A DNA stretch of 64,000 nucleotides from Tissierellales bacterium (GCA_030152145.1 JASLIL010000025.1:34528-98527); one strand, 5' to 3'. Positions 19,309 through 31,519 are shown, counted from the stretch's first letter. Notes: a model not told the origin generated them from the sequence alone. Numbers and translations: made by a program.

Positions 19309-19334
19309 ACAGCTCAGGCTAAGGTCTGAGCTGT
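19309..19334 (+). other. Intercistronic stem-loop after the binding-protein gene
   Basis: ACAGCTCAG (19309-19317) pairs with CTGAGCTGT (19326-19334). No T-tract follows, so it probably acts as an mRNA stabiliser or partial terminator. Confidence 0.5.
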
Positions 19335-19361
19335 AAAAGTTTAAGCATAGGAGGTGCTCTC

Positions 19362-20897
19362 TTGAGTAAAAAGAGCTTTGATAAAAAAGTTGTTGAAATG
19401 CGTGGTATAACTAAAAAGTTCGGTGATTTTACTGCTAATAAAAATATAGACTTTACTCTACATAAGGGAGAGGTACACTCTCTTTTAGGTGAGAATGGTG
19501 CAGGAAAATCAACACTTATGAACGTTCTATATGGCCTACATGAGCCTACAGAGGGAAGTATACTTATAAATGGTAAAGAGGTAAACATTACTAATCCAAG
19601 TGTGGCTATAGAGCATGGTATAGGAATGGTTCATCAGCACTTTATGTTGGTGCAAAACTTTACAGTAGTAGAGAATATTATGTTGGGTATGGAGACTGTT
19701 AAAGGCCTTGGAGTAGTAGATAAGGAAGCGGGAAAGAAGAAGGTTATAGAGCTTTCAGAGCAATATGGCTTATATGTTAATCCAGATGAGAAGATAGAGG
19801 ATATATCAGTTGGTATGCAGCAAAGGGTTGAAATTTTAAAGGCACTTTATCGTGGTGCAGATATTTTGATTTTAGATGAACCTACTTCAGTACTTACTCC
19901 TCAAGAAATACATGAATTAATGGAAATAATAAAAAACTTAGCTAACCAAGGAAAAAGTATCATAATAATAACCCATAAGTTAAGGGAGATAAAACAAGTA
20001 GCTGATCACTGTACAGTTATAAGACGTGGTGAAAATGTAGGTACAGTAAATGTTGAAGAAAGTAGCGAAGAGGACCTAGCTTCATTGATGGTTGGTAGAG
20101 AAGTGAGTTTTAAAACTTATAGAAAAGAGCAGGCCTCTGGAGAAAAAATCTTAGATATAAAGAACTTAATCGTCAAAGATAACAGAAAGTTAAATGCAGT
20201 TGACGGACTTAATTTGGAACTTAATAAGGGTGAGATTTTAGGTATTGCAGGCATCGATGGAAATGGACAATCGGAACTGATAGATGCTTTAACAGGGCTT
20301 AGAAAGGTTGAGTCAGGCACTATAACCTTAAATGGGAAAGATATTACAAACGCTAGCCCTAAGGACATTATAAATACAGGTATGAGTAATATTCCAGAAG
20401 ATAGACAAAAAAGAGGGTTAGTACTTCCCTTTACTATTGGAGAAAATATGATATTGGAAAATCATGGTGAAGAGCCTTTTTCTACTAAGGGCAAACTTAA
20501 CCATAAAAATATAAAGGACCATGCTAAGGACTTAATAGAGAAGTTTGATATTAGGCCTAATAACCCAGACTATGTAGCAGGCTCCTTATCAGGAGGAAAT
20601 CAACAAAAGGTTATTTTGGCGAGAGAAATTTACAATGATCCTGATGTATTAATAGCAGCTCAGCCAACTAGGGGACTAGATGTTGGTGCTATAGAATTTA
20701 TTCACGAGTACTTAGTGGAGCAAAGAGATAAGGGCAAGGCTGTGCTTTTAATATCATTTGAGCTTGATGAGATAATGAACCTATCAGATAGAATAGCAGT
20801 TATATTTGATGGTAAGATTTTAGATACAGTAAAGGGCGGCAGTGTAGATGAAAATCAATTAGGATTACTTATGGCAGGAGGGAAGCAAAATGAATAA
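19362..20897 (+). CDS. ABC transporter ATP-binding protein with duplicated ATPase domains
   Basis: Walker A GENGAGKST, with a second half-domain carrying LSGGNQQK. TTG start lies 7 nt after AGGAGG. Confidence 0.9.
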   Translation: MSKKSFDKKVVEMRGITKKFGDFTANKNIDFTLHKGEVHSLLGENGAGKSTLMNVLYGLHEPTEGSILINGKEVNITNPSVAIEHGIGMVHQHFMLVQNFTVVENIMLGMETVKGLGVVDKEAGKKKVIELSEQYGLYVNPDEKIEDISVGMQQRVEILKALYRGADILILDEPTSVLTPQEIHELMEIIKNLANQGKSIIIITHKLREIKQVADHCTVIRRGENVGTVNVEESSEEDLASLMVGREVSFKTYRKEQASGEKILDIKNLIVKDNRKLNAVDGLNLELNKGEILGIAGIDGNGQSELIDALTGLRKVESGTITLNGKDITNASPKDIINTGMSNIPEDRQKRGLVLPFTIGENMILENHGEEPFSTKGKLNHKNIKDHAKDLIEKFDIRPNNPDYVAGSLSGGNQQKVILAREIYNDPDVLIAAQPTRGLDVGAIEFIHEYLVEQRDKGKAVLLISFELDEIMNLSDRIAVIFDGKILDTVKGGSVDENQLGLLMAGGKQNE

Positions 20898-22002
20898 AGA
20901 TAATAGTATTCTAAAGACCCTGTTTTCTATCCTATTAGGATTTTTAGTGGGAGCAATTGTATTGAAGGTTGCAGGTTTTAGTCCTATAGAGGGATATAGA
21001 GTTATTTTTGAAGGTGTATTTGGGAAATCTAAGTATATTTCATGGACTATTATAAAAGCGACTCCCTTAATACTAACAGGGGTTTCAGTTGCCTTCGCTT
21101 TTAAAACAGGATTATTTAATATAGGTGCTGAGGGACAATTTATTATAGGTTCATTGGTAGCTACATTAGTAGGCTTCTTTTTAGACCTTCCGCCGGTAAT
21201 CCATCCGATAGTAGCTATGTTAGCAGGTATGATAGCAGCAGGTATCTGGGCAGGCATTGTAGGATACTTAAAGGCTAAGTTAGAGATAAATGAAGTTATA
21301 AGTAGTATAATGTTAAATTGGGTGGCACTTTATTTAAGTAACTACATTGTCTTTAAGGAAGGATTTAAAAGAGCGGGCAAGGATGCTTCAAATAAAATCA
21401 TGGATTCAGCTAGTATAAATATACTACAGAACTGGAAAGCTTCTGATGCTGGTAAGGCATTCTTAAAGAACAATAAGTTTTTAAAAGGTTTTTTTGATAC
21501 TCCTTTAAATTATGGATTTATAATAGCGATTTTAGCAGCTATATTAATTTGGTATATACTAAAGAATACAACTCTAGGTTATAGACTAAAGGCAGTTGGA
21601 TATAATAAGGAAGCTGCAGAATATGGTGGTATAGATATACAAAGAAACACTGTAACGGCTATGATGATAGCAGGAGCTCTTTCAGGTCTTGCAGGTGCTG
21701 TACATGTTCTAGGTGTAACAAAAGAGGTAGTAGTTCTTTCTGGTATGGCAGGATATGGTTTTGATGGTATGGCAGTGTCACTTATAGCAAGTAATAATCC
21801 ACTGGCTTGTATACCAGCAGCCCTTTTATTTGGTGGTCTTCAGTATGGTGGTACAAAGTTACAGCCAAAACTAGGAGCACCACTGGAAGTAGTAAATATC
21901 ATTATAGGTACCATAATATTCTTTATAGCTATGCCAAAGCTTATGAATAAATTAGCAGGTATTAGAAAGAAGAAAGCTGTAGGTGATAAAAATGTTAAAT
22001 AG
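20890..22002 (+). CDS. ABC transporter permease
   Basis: 370 aa polytopic membrane protein. It overlaps the ATPase gene by 8 nt. Confidence 0.85.
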   Translation: MNKDNSILKTLFSILLGFLVGAIVLKVAGFSPIEGYRVIFEGVFGKSKYISWTIIKATPLILTGVSVAFAFKTGLFNIGAEGQFIIGSLVATLVGFFLDLPPVIHPIVAMLAGMIAAGIWAGIVGYLKAKLEINEVISSIMLNWVALYLSNYIVFKEGFKRAGKDASNKIMDSASINILQNWKASDAGKAFLKNNKFLKGFFDTPLNYGFIIAILAAILIWYILKNTTLGYRLKAVGYNKEAAEYGGIDIQRNTVTAMMIAGALSGLAGAVHVLGVTKEVVVLSGMAGYGFDGMAVSLIASNNPLACIPAALLFGGLQYGGTKLQPKLGAPLEVVNIIIGTIIFFIAMPKLMNKLAGIRKKKAVGDKNVK

Positions 22003-22912
22003 TTTAGGTATTATTTTAGGAAATAGTTTAATGTATTCAGCACCTTTTATCTTTACAGCCCTCGGTGGAGTTATGTCTGAGAATTCAGGGGTTGTAAATA
22101 TAGGGCTAGAAGGCATTATGGCTATGGGATCCTTTGTAGGAGCAGCTGTAGCCTACTTTACAGGAAATCCTTGGGCTGGTTTTTTGGCAGCTGGAGTAGC
22201 AGGTGGACTTTTGGCACTTTTACATGCTATAGCTTGTGTTTCTTTTTCAGCAGATCATGTTGTATCAGGTATAGCTATGAACTTTATAGGGCCAGGTCTT
22301 GCACTTTATCTATGTAAGATTTATTTTGATGGAGCTGCTATGACTCTACCTTTAGATTTTGATAAGAAGATTCCTAGACCGCTTCAAGGAGTATTTTCAA
22401 ATACTTTTTTAAACTCAATATTTAATCAGTATGCAACAGTATATCTTGCTTTTATTCTTGTATTTTTGGTTTGGTTTTTACTTTACAAAACTAGATTAGG
22501 TCTTAGAATAAGAGCTGTTGGAGAGCATCCAAAGGCAGCAGATACTCTGGGTGTAAATGTTTATAGAATTAAGTATTTTGCAGTTATAATGTCAGGTGTA
22601 TTGGCTGGATTTGGTGGAGCAAGCTTAAGTACAGCTATAGTTTCTAACTATAGAGTATCTCTAGTTTCAGGACAAGGCTTTATAGCTCTAGCAGCTATGA
22701 TATTTGGTAATTGGACTCCTCAAGGAGCTTTAGTTGGATGTTTAATATTTGGATTAGCTCAAGGATTAGGAATATTCCTAGCTGGAGGGAAGTTTGCTAT
22801 ATCATCACAGTTTACAGCAATGCTTCCATATATACTAACATTAGTAATACTAGTTTTCTTTGTAGGTAAGAGTAGCGGACCAGCAGCTAATGGACAACCT
22901 TACGAAAAATAG
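21992..22912 (+). CDS. ABC transporter permease
   Basis: Polytopic membrane protein. ATG 21992 follows AGGTGA; the ORF-track GTG at 21983 is an alternative start. Confidence 0.85.
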   Translation: MLNSLGIILGNSLMYSAPFIFTALGGVMSENSGVVNIGLEGIMAMGSFVGAAVAYFTGNPWAGFLAAGVAGGLLALLHAIACVSFSADHVVSGIAMNFIGPGLALYLCKIYFDGAAMTLPLDFDKKIPRPLQGVFSNTFLNSIFNQYATVYLAFILVFLVWFLLYKTRLGLRIRAVGEHPKAADTLGVNVYRIKYFAVIMSGVLAGFGGASLSTAIVSNYRVSLVSGQGFIALAAMIFGNWTPQGALVGCLIFGLAQGLGIFLAGGKFAISSQFTAMLPYILTLVILVFFVGKSSGPAANGQPYEK

Positions 22913-22920
22913 ACTTATAT

Positions 22921-22952
22921 AAAAACCTTTAGTTTAAACTGAAGGTTTTTTG
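22921..22952 (+). terminator. Rho-independent terminator after the ABC operon
   Basis: AAAACCTT (22922-22929) pairs with AAGGTTTT (22942-22949), with the T-run continuing to 22951. Confidence 0.75.
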
Positions 22953-23035
22953 TATATTCTAAATTTTTTTGCTATAATTATATTTATGGTAAAAGCATTT
23001 CTACTAAAATCTTTTATAATTTAGGAGTGAACTTA

Positions 23036-24385
23036 ATGAAACTTGGACATGATTTGACTCTTGAACAAACGCAAAAGCTTATACTAACTCCAGAATTAAA
23101 ACAGGCAATAGAACTCCTACAGTTTACAAATCTAGAACTTAAGGAGTATATTGAAAATGAAATTCAAGAAAATCCTATGTTAGAATTTGAAAACAATAAG
23201 ATAGAATATGAGGATAAGGTTAATTGGAAGGAATACCTAGAGAAACAGAGCTATAGGGACTATTCTCAGGGAGAGAAAAAAGATTATAGTAATTTTGATT
23301 ACTCTAACATGGTAAGTTATAATCCGTCCTTAAAGGAAACACTTTTACTTCAGTTAAATGTTCTGGATATTAGCCTAGAGGATTTGGCTATAGGGCACTT
23401 TATCATAGAGCATATAGATAATAATGGCTATCTAGACAGTTCCATAGAAACCATAAGGGATGATCTTAAAATTTCTGAGGCAAAGATATTGGAAGTTCTA
23501 GAAATGATACAAAAGTTTGAACCAAGTGGAGTTGGTGCCAGAAGCTTAAATGAGTCTTTGGAGATACAGCTTAGGGAGTTAAAGGTTGAAGATGAAAATG
23601 TATACAAGGTAGTCAGGCACCACCTGGAAGATATCGGTAATAATAGACTTATAAAAATATCTAGGGATTTAGGTCTAACTATGGAGGAAACTAAGGAAGT
23701 ATGTAAACTTATAAAAAAATTAAATCCTAAACCAGGTCAGGAATATGGGGGTCATGACAGGGTAAGGTATATTCTTCCTGATGCCAGCATAGATTATGTA
23801 GATGGACAATATATAGTTACAGTCAATGATATAACTGCACCAAGGCTTAATATCAATGAGTTTTATAAAAATATGATAACTCAAGAAAAGGATGAAAATG
23901 CCACTAAATTTTTAAATAAAAAACTTGATTCTGCTATGTGGGTTATAAGAACTATAGAACAAAGAAGAAATACCATATATAAAGTATTAAATGCTATATT
24001 AAAGTTTCAAATAGACTTCTTTGATTATGGAGAGCAACACCTTAAGCCCTTGACTTTAAAAGACATAGCAGATGAGATAGAAATGCATGAGTCTACAGTA
24101 AGTAGGACGACTAACGGCAAATATGTACAAACCCCTAGAGGTTTATTTGAGTTTAAGTACTTCTTCTCCAGCTCTCTATCCTCTTTAGAGGGAGATGTTT
24201 CCTCAAAGAGCATAAAGCATAAGCTTAGAGACATAATTAGTGAGGAGAATAAAAAGAGGCCTTATAGTGATCAAAAACTGGCAGATCTTTTAAATCAAGA
24301 AGGCATAGATATATCTAGAAGAACTGTTGCTAAATATAGGGATGAGATGGAAATCTTATCATCAACTAAGAGAAGGAGATTCTAG
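23036..24385 (+). CDS. rpoN: RNA polymerase sigma-54 factor
   Basis: N-terminal region I (LTLEQTQKLILTPELKQAIELLQ), an HTH, and a C-terminal RpoN box (SRRTVAKYR). ATG 23036 follows TAGGAG. Confidence 0.9.
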   Translation: MKLGHDLTLEQTQKLILTPELKQAIELLQFTNLELKEYIENEIQENPMLEFENNKIEYEDKVNWKEYLEKQSYRDYSQGEKKDYSNFDYSNMVSYNPSLKETLLLQLNVLDISLEDLAIGHFIIEHIDNNGYLDSSIETIRDDLKISEAKILEVLEMIQKFEPSGVGARSLNESLEIQLRELKVEDENVYKVVRHHLEDIGNNRLIKISRDLGLTMEETKEVCKLIKKLNPKPGQEYGGHDRVRYILPDASIDYVDGQYIVTVNDITAPRLNINEFYKNMITQEKDENATKFLNKKLDSAMWVIRTIEQRRNTIYKVLNAILKFQIDFFDYGEQHLKPLTLKDIADEIEMHESTVSRTTNGKYVQTPRGLFEFKYFFSSSLSSLEGDVSSKSIKHKLRDIISEENKKRPYSDQKLADLLNQEGIDISRRTVAKYRDEMEILSSTKRRRF

Positions 24386-24421
24386 GCCAGCCTACAATCT
24401 CCTAATTTATTACTTTTTCTC

Positions 24422-24450
24422 TTGATATATCTATTATTATGGACTATAAT
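24422..24450 (+). promoter_or_regulatory. Sigma-A type promoter upstream of cggR
   Basis: TTGATA (24422-24427), 17-nt spacer, TATAAT (24445-24450). Confidence 0.5.
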
Positions 24451-24487
24451 TGTTTTGTAAGAAGCTATTATATTTTTTTGCTGGTTG

Positions 24488-24525
24488 TGGGACTATAATA
24501 GAACAGTAGGGACAAAAAAGTACCC
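24488..24525 (+). promoter_or_regulatory. Putative CggR operator (tandem GGGAC direct repeats)
   Basis: GGGAC occurs at 24489-24493 and 24509-24513, 20 bp apart. The second copy is followed by N6 and then GTAC. This resembles the CGGGAC-N6-TGTC-N4 tandem operator described for B. subtilis CggR. Confidence 0.4.
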
Positions 24526-24547
24526 TATGGAATTATGAGGTGTAGAT

Positions 24548-25570
24548 ATGGACTTAATAGATATTCAGAAAAAATTAGTTCCAGAACTTACAAAAGTTAT
24601 GGAAAGAAGGTATGAGATCTTAAGACATATATATTTTAATCAGCCAATAGGTAGAAGAACTCTGGCCAATAAGTTAGGCTTAGGTGAGAGAACAGTAAGG
24701 ACAGAGGTGGATGTTTTAAAGGACCAGGGATTGTTAAGTGTTGAATCAGTGGGTATGTATGTTACTGAAGAAGGAAAACAAATAGTATTGGAATTAAAAC
24801 CTTTAATAAGTGATATTAAGGGTATCAGTAAATTAGAATCTAAGATAGAAAGTATACTGGATGTAAATAATGTAATTGTTGTTCCTGGTCATTCAGAAGA
24901 TAGGGATATAACCTTAAGTACCTTAGGAAGAACTGTTGCAGATTATTTGAAGAGTATAGTCAAGGATAATAACATTATAGGAGTTACAGGCGGAACTACT
25001 ATGAGTTATGTTGCAGAAGAGATGCCCTATAAAAAAATAGCTAAGAATCTTTTAATTACACCAGCAAGAGGTGGTTTGGGAGAAAACTTAAGTACCCAAG
25101 CCAATAATGTGGCAGCCAAGTTAGCAGAAAAGCTATCAGCAGATTATAAACTACTTCATATTCAAGATGATCTTGATAGAGATACTTTAGATACAGTTTT
25201 AAAGATACCAGAGATAAAAAATGTTGTAGATATTATAAATAATATGGATATTCTAGTTTTTGGGTTGGGACGTGCAGATGAAATGGCTAGAAGGCGTCAT
25301 CTAGGTCATAAAGTAACAGATGTTTTAAGAGATAGTAATGCAGTAGCGGAAGCCTTTGGATACTTCTTTGATGTTGGCGGGAAAAAAGTTTTAGAATCAT
25401 CAACTATAGGAATATCCTTAGATAAATTCCAGTCTATACCAGAGGTTATTGCTGTGGCAGCAGGGCAGGAGAAGGCAGAGGCTATACTTTCTGTAGCATC
25501 TCTTAGAAAGAATATGACCATTATAATGGATGAAAACGCAGCCTTGAAAATTTTGGATATAGTTAAGTAA
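24548..25570 (+). CDS. cggR: Central glycolytic genes regulator (SorC family)
   Basis: 340 aa with an N-terminal wHTH and a SorC sugar-phosphate-binding domain. It lies immediately upstream of gap. Confidence 0.85.
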   Translation: MDLIDIQKKLVPELTKVMERRYEILRHIYFNQPIGRRTLANKLGLGERTVRTEVDVLKDQGLLSVESVGMYVTEEGKQIVLELKPLISDIKGISKLESKIESILDVNNVIVVPGHSEDRDITLSTLGRTVADYLKSIVKDNNIIGVTGGTTMSYVAEEMPYKKIAKNLLITPARGGLGENLSTQANNVAAKLAEKLSADYKLLHIQDDLDRDTLDTVLKIPEIKNVVDIINNMDILVFGLGRADEMARRRHLGHKVTDVLRDSNAVAEAFGYFFDVGGKKVLESSTIGISLDKFQSIPEVIAVAAGQEKAEAILSVASLRKNMTIIMDENAALKILDIVK

Positions 25571-25623
25571 GGAATCTTACTTAGTATAATAAATCATTTT
25601 AAGAATTTAAGGAGGAATAACTT

Positions 25624-26631
25624 ATGACTGTTAAGGTAGGAGTAAGTGGTTTTGGAAGAATTGGTAGAGATGTTGTTAGATCATATTTTGAAAATGAGGT
25701 AAAGGATTTTGAATTAGTTGCTATAAACGCATCAGGCGACTTAAATACTATGGCACATTTATTTAAATACGATTCACTATACGGAAAATTTGATGGAACT
25801 ATTGAAGTTGTAGAAGATGGATTCCTTATAAATGGGAAAAATGTAAAAGTTGTGGATCACAGAAATCCTTCAGAAATTCCTTGGGGAGAACTAGGAGTAG
25901 ACATAGCTATTGACTCAACAGGAGCTTTCAAAGATAGAGAAGGATTACAAAAACACCTAGATGCAGGAGCTAAGAAAGTTATAATTACTGCACCAGCTAA
26001 GGGTGAAGATATAACAGTTGTTATGGGCGTTAATGACGAAGACTATGATAATGCTAAGCACAACATTATCTCAAATGCATCATGTACTACAAACTGTCTA
26101 GCACCATTCGCTAAAGTTCTTTTAGATGAATTCGGTATAGTAAAGGGTTTAATGACTACAGTTCATGCTTACACAGGTGACCAAAAGTTACTAGACACTA
26201 AACACAAGGACTTAAGACGTGCAAGAGCAGCGGCTGAATCAATAGTACCTACTACAACAGGAGCAGCTAAGGCTGTTGCAAGAGTTATACCTGAGCTAGA
26301 AGGAAAATTAAATGGATTTGCTATGAGAGTTCCTACACCAACAGTATCAGTTGTTGACCTAGTAGTAGAACTTGAAAAAGAAGCTACAGCAGAAGAAGTA
26401 AATGCAGCTCTTAAAAAAGCAAGTGAAGGCAAAATGAAAGGTATTCTAGGATACTCAGATGAACCACTAGTATCAATTGACTACAAGGGTGATGACCGTT
26501 CTTCAATTATAGACGGACTATCAACTATGGTTATTGGAAACATGGTAAAGGTTGTATCATGGTACGATAATGAGTGGGGATACTCACAAAGAGTAGTAGA
26601 CCTTGCTAAATTAGTTGCTAACAACTTATAG
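25624..26631 (+). CDS. gap: Type I glyceraldehyde-3-phosphate dehydrogenase
   Basis: GFGRIGR NAD motif and catalytic [12 protein letters not shown]. Confidence 0.95.
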   Translation: MTVKVGVSGFGRIGRDVVRSYFENEVKDFELVAINASGDLNTMAHLFKYDSLYGKFDGTIEVVEDGFLINGKNVKVVDHRNPSEIPWGELGVDIAIDSTGAFKDREGLQKHLDAGAKKVIITAPAKGEDITVVMGVNDEDYDNAKHNIISNASCTTNCLAPFAKVLLDEFGIVKGLMTTVHAYTGDQKLLDTKHKDLRRARAAAESIVPTTTGAAKAVARVIPELEGKLNGFAMRVPTPTVSVVDLVVELEKEATAEEVNAALKKASEGKMKGILGYSDEPLVSIDYKGDDRSSIIDGLSTMVIGNMVKVVSWYDNEWGYSQRVVDLAKLVANNL

Positions 26632-26643
26632 TATGGAAAACTT

Positions 26644-26673
26644 AACCGGTCTAAAATTTTAGACCGGTTTTTT
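26644..26673 (+). terminator. Intra-operon rho-independent terminator between gap and pgk
   Basis: Perfect 26-nt palindrome AACCGGTCTAAAATTTTAGACCGGTT followed by TTTT. Confidence 0.8.
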
Positions 26674-26697
26674 AAAATTGATTAAGAGGTGATATTG

Positions 26698-27891
26698 ATG
26701 TTGAATAAAAAGACTTTAAAGGATCTATCAGTTGATAATAAAAGAGTTTTAGTTAGATGTGACTTTAACGTACCTATGGATGAAAACGGAAATATAACTG
26801 ATGATAGGAGAATAGTTAGCTCCCTGCCAACCATTAAGTACCTGCTAGAAAACAAGGCCAAGGTAATACTTATGTCCCACCTAGGTAGACCAAAGGGAGA
26901 GGCCAATCCTAAGTTCAGCCTAAGAAAAGTTGGGGAGAGACTGTCAGAGCTACTGGAAACTGAGGTTAAGTTTTTAGATGATGACATGGTTTATAGCCAG
27001 GAAGTTAAGGATCAGGTTATGAATATGGAGGCAGGCCAGGTAGTGCTTCTACAGAACACCAGATATAGATCAGAGGAGGAGAAGAAGGAAGATAAGTTCT
27101 CTAAAGATCTAGCCTCTCTTGGAGAGCTTTATGTAAATGATGCCTTTGGAACATCTCATAGAGGTCATGCTTCTAATGTAGGGGTAGCTAGTAACTTGGA
27201 CTCAGCAGTAGGTTTCTTAGTTGAAAAGGAACTGGAGATTATGGGTAAGGCCCTAGAATCACCAGAGAGACCTTTTGTAGCTATCCTAGGTGGTGCAAAG
27301 GTTTCTGATAAGATAGGAGTTATAGAAAATCTAATTGAAAAAGTTGACACTATTATTATAGGTGGAGGAATGGCCTATACCTTCTTTAAGGCAGAGGGAA
27401 AAGAAGTGGGAACTTCTATTTTAGAAGAGGATAAACTGGAAGTAGCCAAGGGAATCTTAGAAAAGGCAGCCAAGAAAAATGTAAAGATCCTTCTACCTGT
27501 AGATGTAGTAGTTGCTAAGGAATTTAAAAATGATACGGAAATAAGGGTTGTAGATGTAGATTCTATACCAGCAGATATGATGGGACTAGATTCTGGACCT
27601 AAAACTATAGAGATTTTCTCAGAGGAGATAAAGAAGGCTAAGACTGTAGTGTGGAATGGACCTATGGGAGTTTTCGAAATGGAAAACTTCAAGAAGGGAA
27701 CTGATGCTATAGCTAGGGCTATGGCAGAGTCAGATGCTATAACTATAGTTGGAGGAGGAGATTCTGCATCAGCTGTGGAAAAGGCAGGCTATGCAGATCA
27801 AATGACTCATATTTCAACTGGTGGTGGAGCTAGCCTAGAACTACTAGAGGGCAAGGTTTTACCTGGTATAGATGCTATTAGTGAAAAATAA
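26698..27891 (+). CDS. pgk: Phosphoglycerate kinase
   Basis: [10 protein letters not shown]...RCDFNVP and SHLGRPKG motifs. ATG 26698 lies 8 nt after AGAGG. Confidence 0.95.
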   Translation: MLNKKTLKDLSVDNKRVLVRCDFNVPMDENGNITDDRRIVSSLPTIKYLLENKAKVILMSHLGRPKGEANPKFSLRKVGERLSELLETEVKFLDDDMVYSQEVKDQVMNMEAGQVVLLQNTRYRSEEEKKEDKFSKDLASLGELYVNDAFGTSHRGHASNVGVASNLDSAVGFLVEKELEIMGKALESPERPFVAILGGAKVSDKIGVIENLIEKVDTIIIGGGMAYTFFKAEGKEVGTSILEEDKLEVAKGILEKAAKKNVKILLPVDVVVAKEFKNDTEIRVVDVDSIPADMMGLDSGPKTIEIFSEEIKKAKTVVWNGPMGVFEMENFKKGTDAIARAMAESDAITIVGGGDSASAVEKAGYADQMTHISTGGGASLELLEGKVLPGIDAISEK

Positions 27892-27905
27892 GGAGGACTA
27901 TATAG

Positions 27906-28655
27906 ATGCGTAAGCCAATTATTGCTGGAAACTGGAAGATGAATAAAACTGTTAGGGAAGCGGAAGAGCTAATAAATGAGATTAAAAAAGCTGACCTATC
28001 AGAAGATGTGGAAAAGTTAATATGTGTTCCTTTTATAGCCTTAGATAGGGCTGTAAGTTTGACAGAAGGAACAGATATTAAGGTTGGGGCTCAAAATATG
28101 TACTTTGAAGAAAGTGGAGCCTATACAGGTGAAATTTCACCACTTATGTTAAAGGACCTAGGAGTTGAATACACTATAATAGGTCATTCAGAGAGAAGAC
28201 AATATTTTGGTGACACAGATGAGGTTGTTAATAAAAAAATCAAGGCTAGTATAGCTCATGGAATCAAGCCTATAATCTGTGTTGGAGAATCTCTAGAAGA
28301 AAGAGAAGAAAACAAGGAAGAAGATGTAGTAAAAAATCAACTAGTAGAGGGATTAAAGGGTATAAGTGAAGAGGAGCTTAAGGATCTTGTTATAGCCTAT
28401 GAACCAATTTGGGCTATAGGAACAGGAAAGACAGCTTCCAGCGATGATGCAAACCAAATGTGTGAATTTATTAGGAAGACTATAGCTAAGATGTACTCAG
28501 AAGATTTGGCTAAAAAGCTTAGAATCCAATATGGAGGTAGTGTAAAACCTGCTACTATAAAGGAATTAATGGAGAAGGAAGATGTAGACGGAGCTCTAGT
28601 TGGAGGAGCAAGCCTAGTAGCTGAAGATTTTGTGAGTCTTGTAAATTTCAAGTAG
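27906..28655 (+). CDS. tpiA: Triose-phosphate isomerase
   Basis: AGNWKMN, IGHSERR and AYEPIWAIGTG motifs. Confidence 0.95.
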   Translation: MRKPIIAGNWKMNKTVREAEELINEIKKADLSEDVEKLICVPFIALDRAVSLTEGTDIKVGAQNMYFEESGAYTGEISPLMLKDLGVEYTIIGHSERRQYFGDTDEVVNKKIKASIAHGIKPIICVGESLEEREENKEEDVVKNQLVEGLKGISEEELKDLVIAYEPIWAIGTGKTASSDDANQMCEFIRKTIAKMYSEDLAKKLRIQYGGSVKPATIKELMEKEDVDGALVGGASLVAEDFVSLVNFK

Positions 28656-28664
28656 GTGATTAAT

Positions 28665-30197
28665 ATGAAAAAGAGCCCATTAATGTTGATAGTTTTAGAC
28701 GGATGGGGAAAGGGTATAGACTACGAGGGTAACTCAGTGGTACTAGCTGACACACCAAATTTCAATACCCTGATGAAAACAGCTTCTACAACAACTTTAG
28801 AGGCAAGTGGTATATCTGTTGGACTACCAGAGGGACAAATGGGTAACTCAGAGGTAGGCCATTTAAATATAGGTTCTGGTAGGATCATATACCAGGAGCT
28901 AACAAAAATTGGAAAATCCATAGAAGATGGGGACTTTTTCCATATTCCAGAATTTTTAGAGGCCATAGACCAGGCCAAGGAAAATAAGAAGAAGCTTCAC
29001 CTTTTGGGCCTAATGTCTGATGGAGGAGTTCACAGCCACAACACCCACCTTTATGGTCTTCTAAGTCTTTGCAAGCTAAGGGGCCTAGAAGAAGTCTATG
29101 TTCATGTATTCTTAGATGGCAGGGACGTGGCACCAACTGTAGGCAAGAAACAGGTAAAAGAGCTTGAGGATAAAATGAAGGAACTTGGTGTAGGTAAGAT
29201 AGCCAGTGTATCTGGTAGGTACTATTCTATGGACAGGGATAAGAGATGGGATAGGACCAAGCTTGCCTATGACGCTATAGTTAGGGGTCTTGGAAAAATG
29301 GAAGGCCAGGCTCTAGAGGCTATTGAAAAGTCCTATAAGGAAGGAATTAATGATGAGTTTGTTATTCCTGTGGTAATAGGAGAGGACTTAAAACCAAGAG
29401 CCACTATAGATGATGGTGACTCAGTAATATTCTATAACTTTAGACCAGATAGGGCCAGACAGCTAACCCGTGCCATAGTTGATGAGGACTTTGATGGTTT
29501 TGAAAGGGAAAAGAAGGTCAGAACAAACTTTGTAACCATGACTCAATACGATAAGACTATAGAAAATGTTAAGGTTGCCTTTAAGCCTAAGTCACCAAGG
29601 AATACCCTAGGTGAATATATAAGCAGCCTAGGCCTAAATCAACTTAGAATAGCTGAAACAGAAAAATATGCCCATGTAACATTTTTCTTTAATGGTGGTA
29701 GGGAGGAGCCTTATGAAAATGAAGATAGGGTTTTAGTGCCTTCACCAAAGGTAGCTACCTATGATTTGGCACCAGAAATGAGTGCCGAAGAGGTGAAAAA
29801 CCAAGTTATAGAAAGATTGAATATGGACAAGTATGACCTGATAGTCCTAAACTTTGCCAATCCAGACATGGTGGGACATACAGGAGTAATACCAGCAGCA
29901 ATAAAGGCTGTTGAAACAGTAGATAGGTGTTTAGGTGAGATCTTGGAAGTGTTAAAGGAAAAAAATGGTAGGGCCCTTATAACAGCTGACCATGGTAATG
30001 CAGAAATGCTTTTAAACTATGAGGATGGATCAGTAGTTACAGCCCACACAACCAACAGTGTGCCCCTAATACTATTTAATGAAGACAAGAAGCTGAAAAA
30101 TGGAATACTTGCAGACTTGGCAGCAACTGTACTGGATCTTATGGAGCTAGAGCAGCCAGAGGAAATGACAGGCCAGTCTTTAATTATAGAAGATTAA
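28665..30197 (+). CDS. gpmI: 2,3-bisphosphoglycerate-independent phosphoglycerate mutase
   Basis: LIVLDGWG and MGNSEVGHLNIG motifs. ATG 28665 follows AGGTGA. Confidence 0.95.
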   Translation: MKKSPLMLIVLDGWGKGIDYEGNSVVLADTPNFNTLMKTASTTTLEASGISVGLPEGQMGNSEVGHLNIGSGRIIYQELTKIGKSIEDGDFFHIPEFLEAIDQAKENKKKLHLLGLMSDGGVHSHNTHLYGLLSLCKLRGLEEVYVHVFLDGRDVAPTVGKKQVKELEDKMKELGVGKIASVSGRYYSMDRDKRWDRTKLAYDAIVRGLGKMEGQALEAIEKSYKEGINDEFVIPVVIGEDLKPRATIDDGDSVIFYNFRPDRARQLTRAIVDEDFDGFEREKKVRTNFVTMTQYDKTIENVKVAFKPKSPRNTLGEYISSLGLNQLRIAETEKYAHVTFFFNGGREEPYENEDRVLVPSPKVATYDLAPEMSAEEVKNQVIERLNMDKYDLIVLNFANPDMVGHTGVIPAAIKAVETVDRCLGEILEVLKEKNGRALITADHGNAEMLLNYEDGSVVTAHTTNSVPLILFNEDKKLKNGILADLAATVLDLMELEQPEEMTGQSLIIED

Positions 30198-31511
<1,314 letters not shown>

Positions 31512-31519
31512 AAAATTAA

